Part shown: positions 62,242-64,000 of the stretch, in pieces
How the letters are laid out: each line of letters opens with the position of its first letter
Position numbering within the stretch: position 1 is the first letter of the stretch
Assembly: GCA_964459725.1 (NCBI GenBank)
Contig: CAYWNT010000002.1
Location: 83,719 to 147,718, forward strand
Direction: 5' to 3'
Length of the DNA: 64,000 nucleotides
From: an uncultured Gammaproteobacteria bacterium
GTDB lineage: Bacteria > Patescibacteriota > Patescibacteriia > Patescibacteriales > UBA12075
Translations under genes and position numbers: made by a program
Notes under the pieces: model-generated
What the model saw: only the letters and a program-made list of their open reading frames with translations
Told to the model about the DNA's origin: nothing
Database searches by the model: none

Positions 62242-63660
62242 TTAGTTGTTGTTTTGAAAGTTATTTGCAAACTTGAACAAAGATTCCTCGTCAAATCTCT
62301 TTCCAATTAACTGAATTCCAACAGGCATATTCTCTACCTTTCCTGCTGGAACAGAAATTGCAGGAAGTCCAGCTAGTGAGGCTGGAGAGAGAAAAACATC
62401 CTCTAGGTACATCTTTAATGGATCATCTGATTGCTCACCGATCTTGAAGGCAATGTCCGGCTGAGTAGGTGTAATGATGATATCGACACTCTCAAGTGCC
62501 TTATCAAGCTCTTCTTTTATCTTGGTTCTTACTTTCTGGGCCTTGAGATAATAAGCATCATAATATCCGGCTGACAAAACATAGGTGCCAAGCATGATCC
62601 TCCTTTTAACTTCAGGGCCAAATCCCTTACCACGACTCTCAGTATAAACCTCGAGAAGTCCCTTCGCCTCCTCACTTGAAAAACCGTAACGAATACCATC
62701 CAGACGAGCTAGATTAGAACTAATTTCTGAAGGTGTAATAATATAATAAACAGGGATGCCATACTTTGCACTAGGCAGTTTGATCGGAACGATTTCAGCG
62801 CCTTGCTTCTTGAACTTTTCAATCGCCTCATCAACAATCTTCAGTATCCCTTTGTCTGCATCTTTGAAAAACTCTTCTGGTACACCAATTTTCTTACCAT
62901 TTATTTCACCCTCACCCTTGTAATCTCCAACCGGAGTGTCCACTGTGGTCGCATCATTCTCATCTTTACCGGCTATTACTCCTAGCACGATCGCTGCGTC
63001 TTCGACTGTTTTTGTTATCGGACCTGGCACATCGGTAGAGCTGGTCATGGCAATAAGACCAAATCTGGAGCTCCTGCCATAGGTCGGCTTGAGACCTACT
63101 ACCCCACAAAATGAGGATGGACACCTGATAGAGCCACCAGTATCTGTCCCAAGAGAGAAAATACACATATCTGATGCCACAGCTGCAGCCGGCCCTGATG
63201 AAGATCCTCCGGCTACTCGAGTATTGTCTACTGGATTTTTTGTCGGCCCATAAGCACTGTTCTCTCCGCTTGCTCCATGTCCAAATTCGTCCATATTAGC
63301 TTTCCCAAGCAGAACTGCTCCAGCCTCTTTTAACTTCCTAATTATAGTAGCGTCGTAAGGTGCTATATAGTTATCCAAAATCTTTGAAGCGCCTGTCGTA
63401 CGAACCTCCTTAGTCATGATGTTATCCTTGGCTACATAAGGAATACCCAAGAGCGATCCTGTTTCTCCATTTTTCCTACGCTCATCTGCCATTTCCGCTT
63501 CTTCCAATGCCTCCACTTCGCAAACAGTCAAAATAGCATTCAAATCACCATTCACCTCTTCAATTTTTTCCAAACAAGCCTTGGTAAGCTCAACTGAAGT
63601 AATTTCTCCAGCTTCAAGCTTAGCTTGCGCTTCAACTATATTTAATTCATTATATCTCAT
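62242..63660 (-). CDS. gatA: Asp-tRNA(Asn)/Glu-tRNA(Gln) amidotransferase subunit A
   Basis: Amidase signature GGSSSGPAAAVA..., GTDTGGSIRCPSSFCG, and the typical GatA N-terminus (...LEAGEITSVELTKACLEKI). Confidence 0.93.
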   Translation of the reverse strand: MRYNELNIVEAQAKLEAGEITSVELTKACLEKIEEVNGDLNAILTVCEVEALEEAEMADERRKNGETGSLLGIPYVAKDNIMTKEVRTTGASKILDNYIAPYDATIIRKLKEAGAVLLGKANMDEFGHGASGENSAYGPTKNPVDNTRVAGGSSSGPAAAVASDMCIFSLGTDTGGSIRCPSSFCGVVGLKPTYGRSSRFGLIAMTSSTDVPGPITKTVEDAAIVLGVIAGKDENDATTVDTPVGDYKGEGEINGKKIGVPEEFFKDADKGILKIVDEAIEKFKKQGAEIVPIKLPSAKYGIPVYYIITPSEISSNLARLDGIRYGFSSEEAKGLLEVYTESRGKGFGPEVKRRIMLGTYVLSAGYYDAYYLKAQKVRTKIKEELDKALESVDIIITPTQPDIAFKIGEQSDDPLKMYLEDVFLSPASLAGLPAISVPAGKVENMPVGIQLIGKRFDEESLFKFANNFQNNN

Positions 63661-63678
63661 ATATGATAGATTTAAGAT

Positions 63679-64000
63679 TTATGATTTAAGATTTAAGAAT
63701 TCTTTAGATTTTTTTATTAATCCCTGCAATAAAGCATGTGTTGTATTAGCCTTATCAGCAATTTCATCAAAATTTTCTTTATTTAAATATTCGACATCTT
63801 TGGCTACCAATAATTGATTTTTCAATTCAGTTAATGACCCTTGTGCCAAATAATAAAACTGTATTTTTTCCTTATATCCCTGCCTTCCAAATCCTTCAGC
63901 AATATTTGATGTAACAGAAACACTACAACGTCTCATTTGACTAGCTAATCCAAACATCTCATCTTTTGGGAAATTTTTTGTCAGCTTATAAATTAATAAA
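63679..64000 (-). CDS. four-helix-bundle protein (23S rRNA IVS protein / Avd-like family), partial at right edge
   Basis: ...KLTKNFPKDEMFGLASQMRRCSVSVTSNIAEGFGRQ... and YYLAQGSLTELKNQL are family signatures. The ORF continues beyond position 64000. Confidence 0.8.
   Translation of the reverse strand, partial: LLIYKLTKNFPKDEMFGLASQMRRCSVSVTSNIAEGFGRQGYKEKIQFYYLAQGSLTELKNQLLVAKDVEYLNKENFDEIADKANTTHALLQGLIKKSKEFLNLKS

Noticed and set aside
63661-63678. DGR template repeat downstream of the Avd-like gene
   Set aside because: Only 18 nt separate it from gatA, and no repeat or reverse transcriptase is present inside the window.
1-64000. Possible alternative genetic code (UGA or UAG reassignment, as in some CPR lineages or phages)
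   Set aside because: Dozens of long, homology-supported ORFs (dnaX, gatA, rtcB, ABC-F, carbamoyltransferase and others) read uninterrupted under the standard code and end at TAA/TAG/TGA near the expected lengths. The single in-frame TAG (37062) is better explained as a pseudogene or an error.
1-64000. CRISPR arrays, rRNA genes
   Set aside because: I found no regularly spaced short direct repeats and no rRNA-like conserved stretches. The only tandem repeat is the 2x30 bp coding duplication at 10707-10766.

Overview
This is an AT-rich, gene-dense bacterial window. Most genes are on the minus strand, junctions are short or overlapping, RBSs are Shine-Dalgarno type, and long ORFs read through cleanly under the standard code. 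The gene content includes RadC, RtcB, ABC-F, dnaX/holB, frr, hpf, rseP, gatA, many small secreted or hypothetical proteins, and an Avd-like four-helix-bundle gene. Together with the composition this suggests a small-genome Patescibacteria/CPR-like organism; that placement is inference only.

Layout:
- 0-1.7 kb: a visibly GC-richer block holding an Rrf2-like fragment, a structured non-coding island and a GH57-like gene.
- 2-19 kb: an accessory mix. It contains radC, csp and an HD-domain operon whose small protein carries an ssrA-like tail. It also has two secreted enzymes sharing an N-terminal repeat module, an AbrB-like/ASCH pair behind a 32-bp perfect palindrome, and a CYTH protein. The remaining genes are an output-less Cache-HAMP sensor, a VPLPA/PEP-CTERM-tailed protein, a protein with an RpoA alpha-CTD-like domain, LCP, ABC-F and an IS200-type element.
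- 19.4-22.9 kb: a four-gene RNA-repair-like operon (DJ-1, LigB-like, HhH+2H phosphoesterase fusion, RtcB).
- 23.3-31.2 kb: housekeeping genes (tRNA-Gln, patatin, dnaX, hpf, rseP, frr, holB).
- 31.3-60.3 kb: a large envelope-glycan locus. It includes a 22-gene, 22.6-kb co-directional operon with no junction above 14 nt. That operon carries a CotH-VTC-DUF4956 triad, a carbamoyltransferase-SGNH-SxtJ-DUF5989 module, two radical SAM/SPASM enzymes, an MBOAT pair, three methyltransferases and eight glycosyltransferases.
- 60.4-64 kb: tRNA-Ser, a DsbA-like gene, an epimerase and gatA.

No rRNA and no CRISPR array were seen. The strongest candidates for new biology are listed below.
- The CotH-VTC-DUF4956 module embedded in the glycan operon.
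- Three GC-rich multi-helix islands that I could not assign to any RNA family.
- A tnpA-less derivative of the IS200-type element.
- The AbrB-like/ASCH cassette.
- The orphan alpha-CTD protein.
- The PEP-CTERM signal with no exosortase in view.
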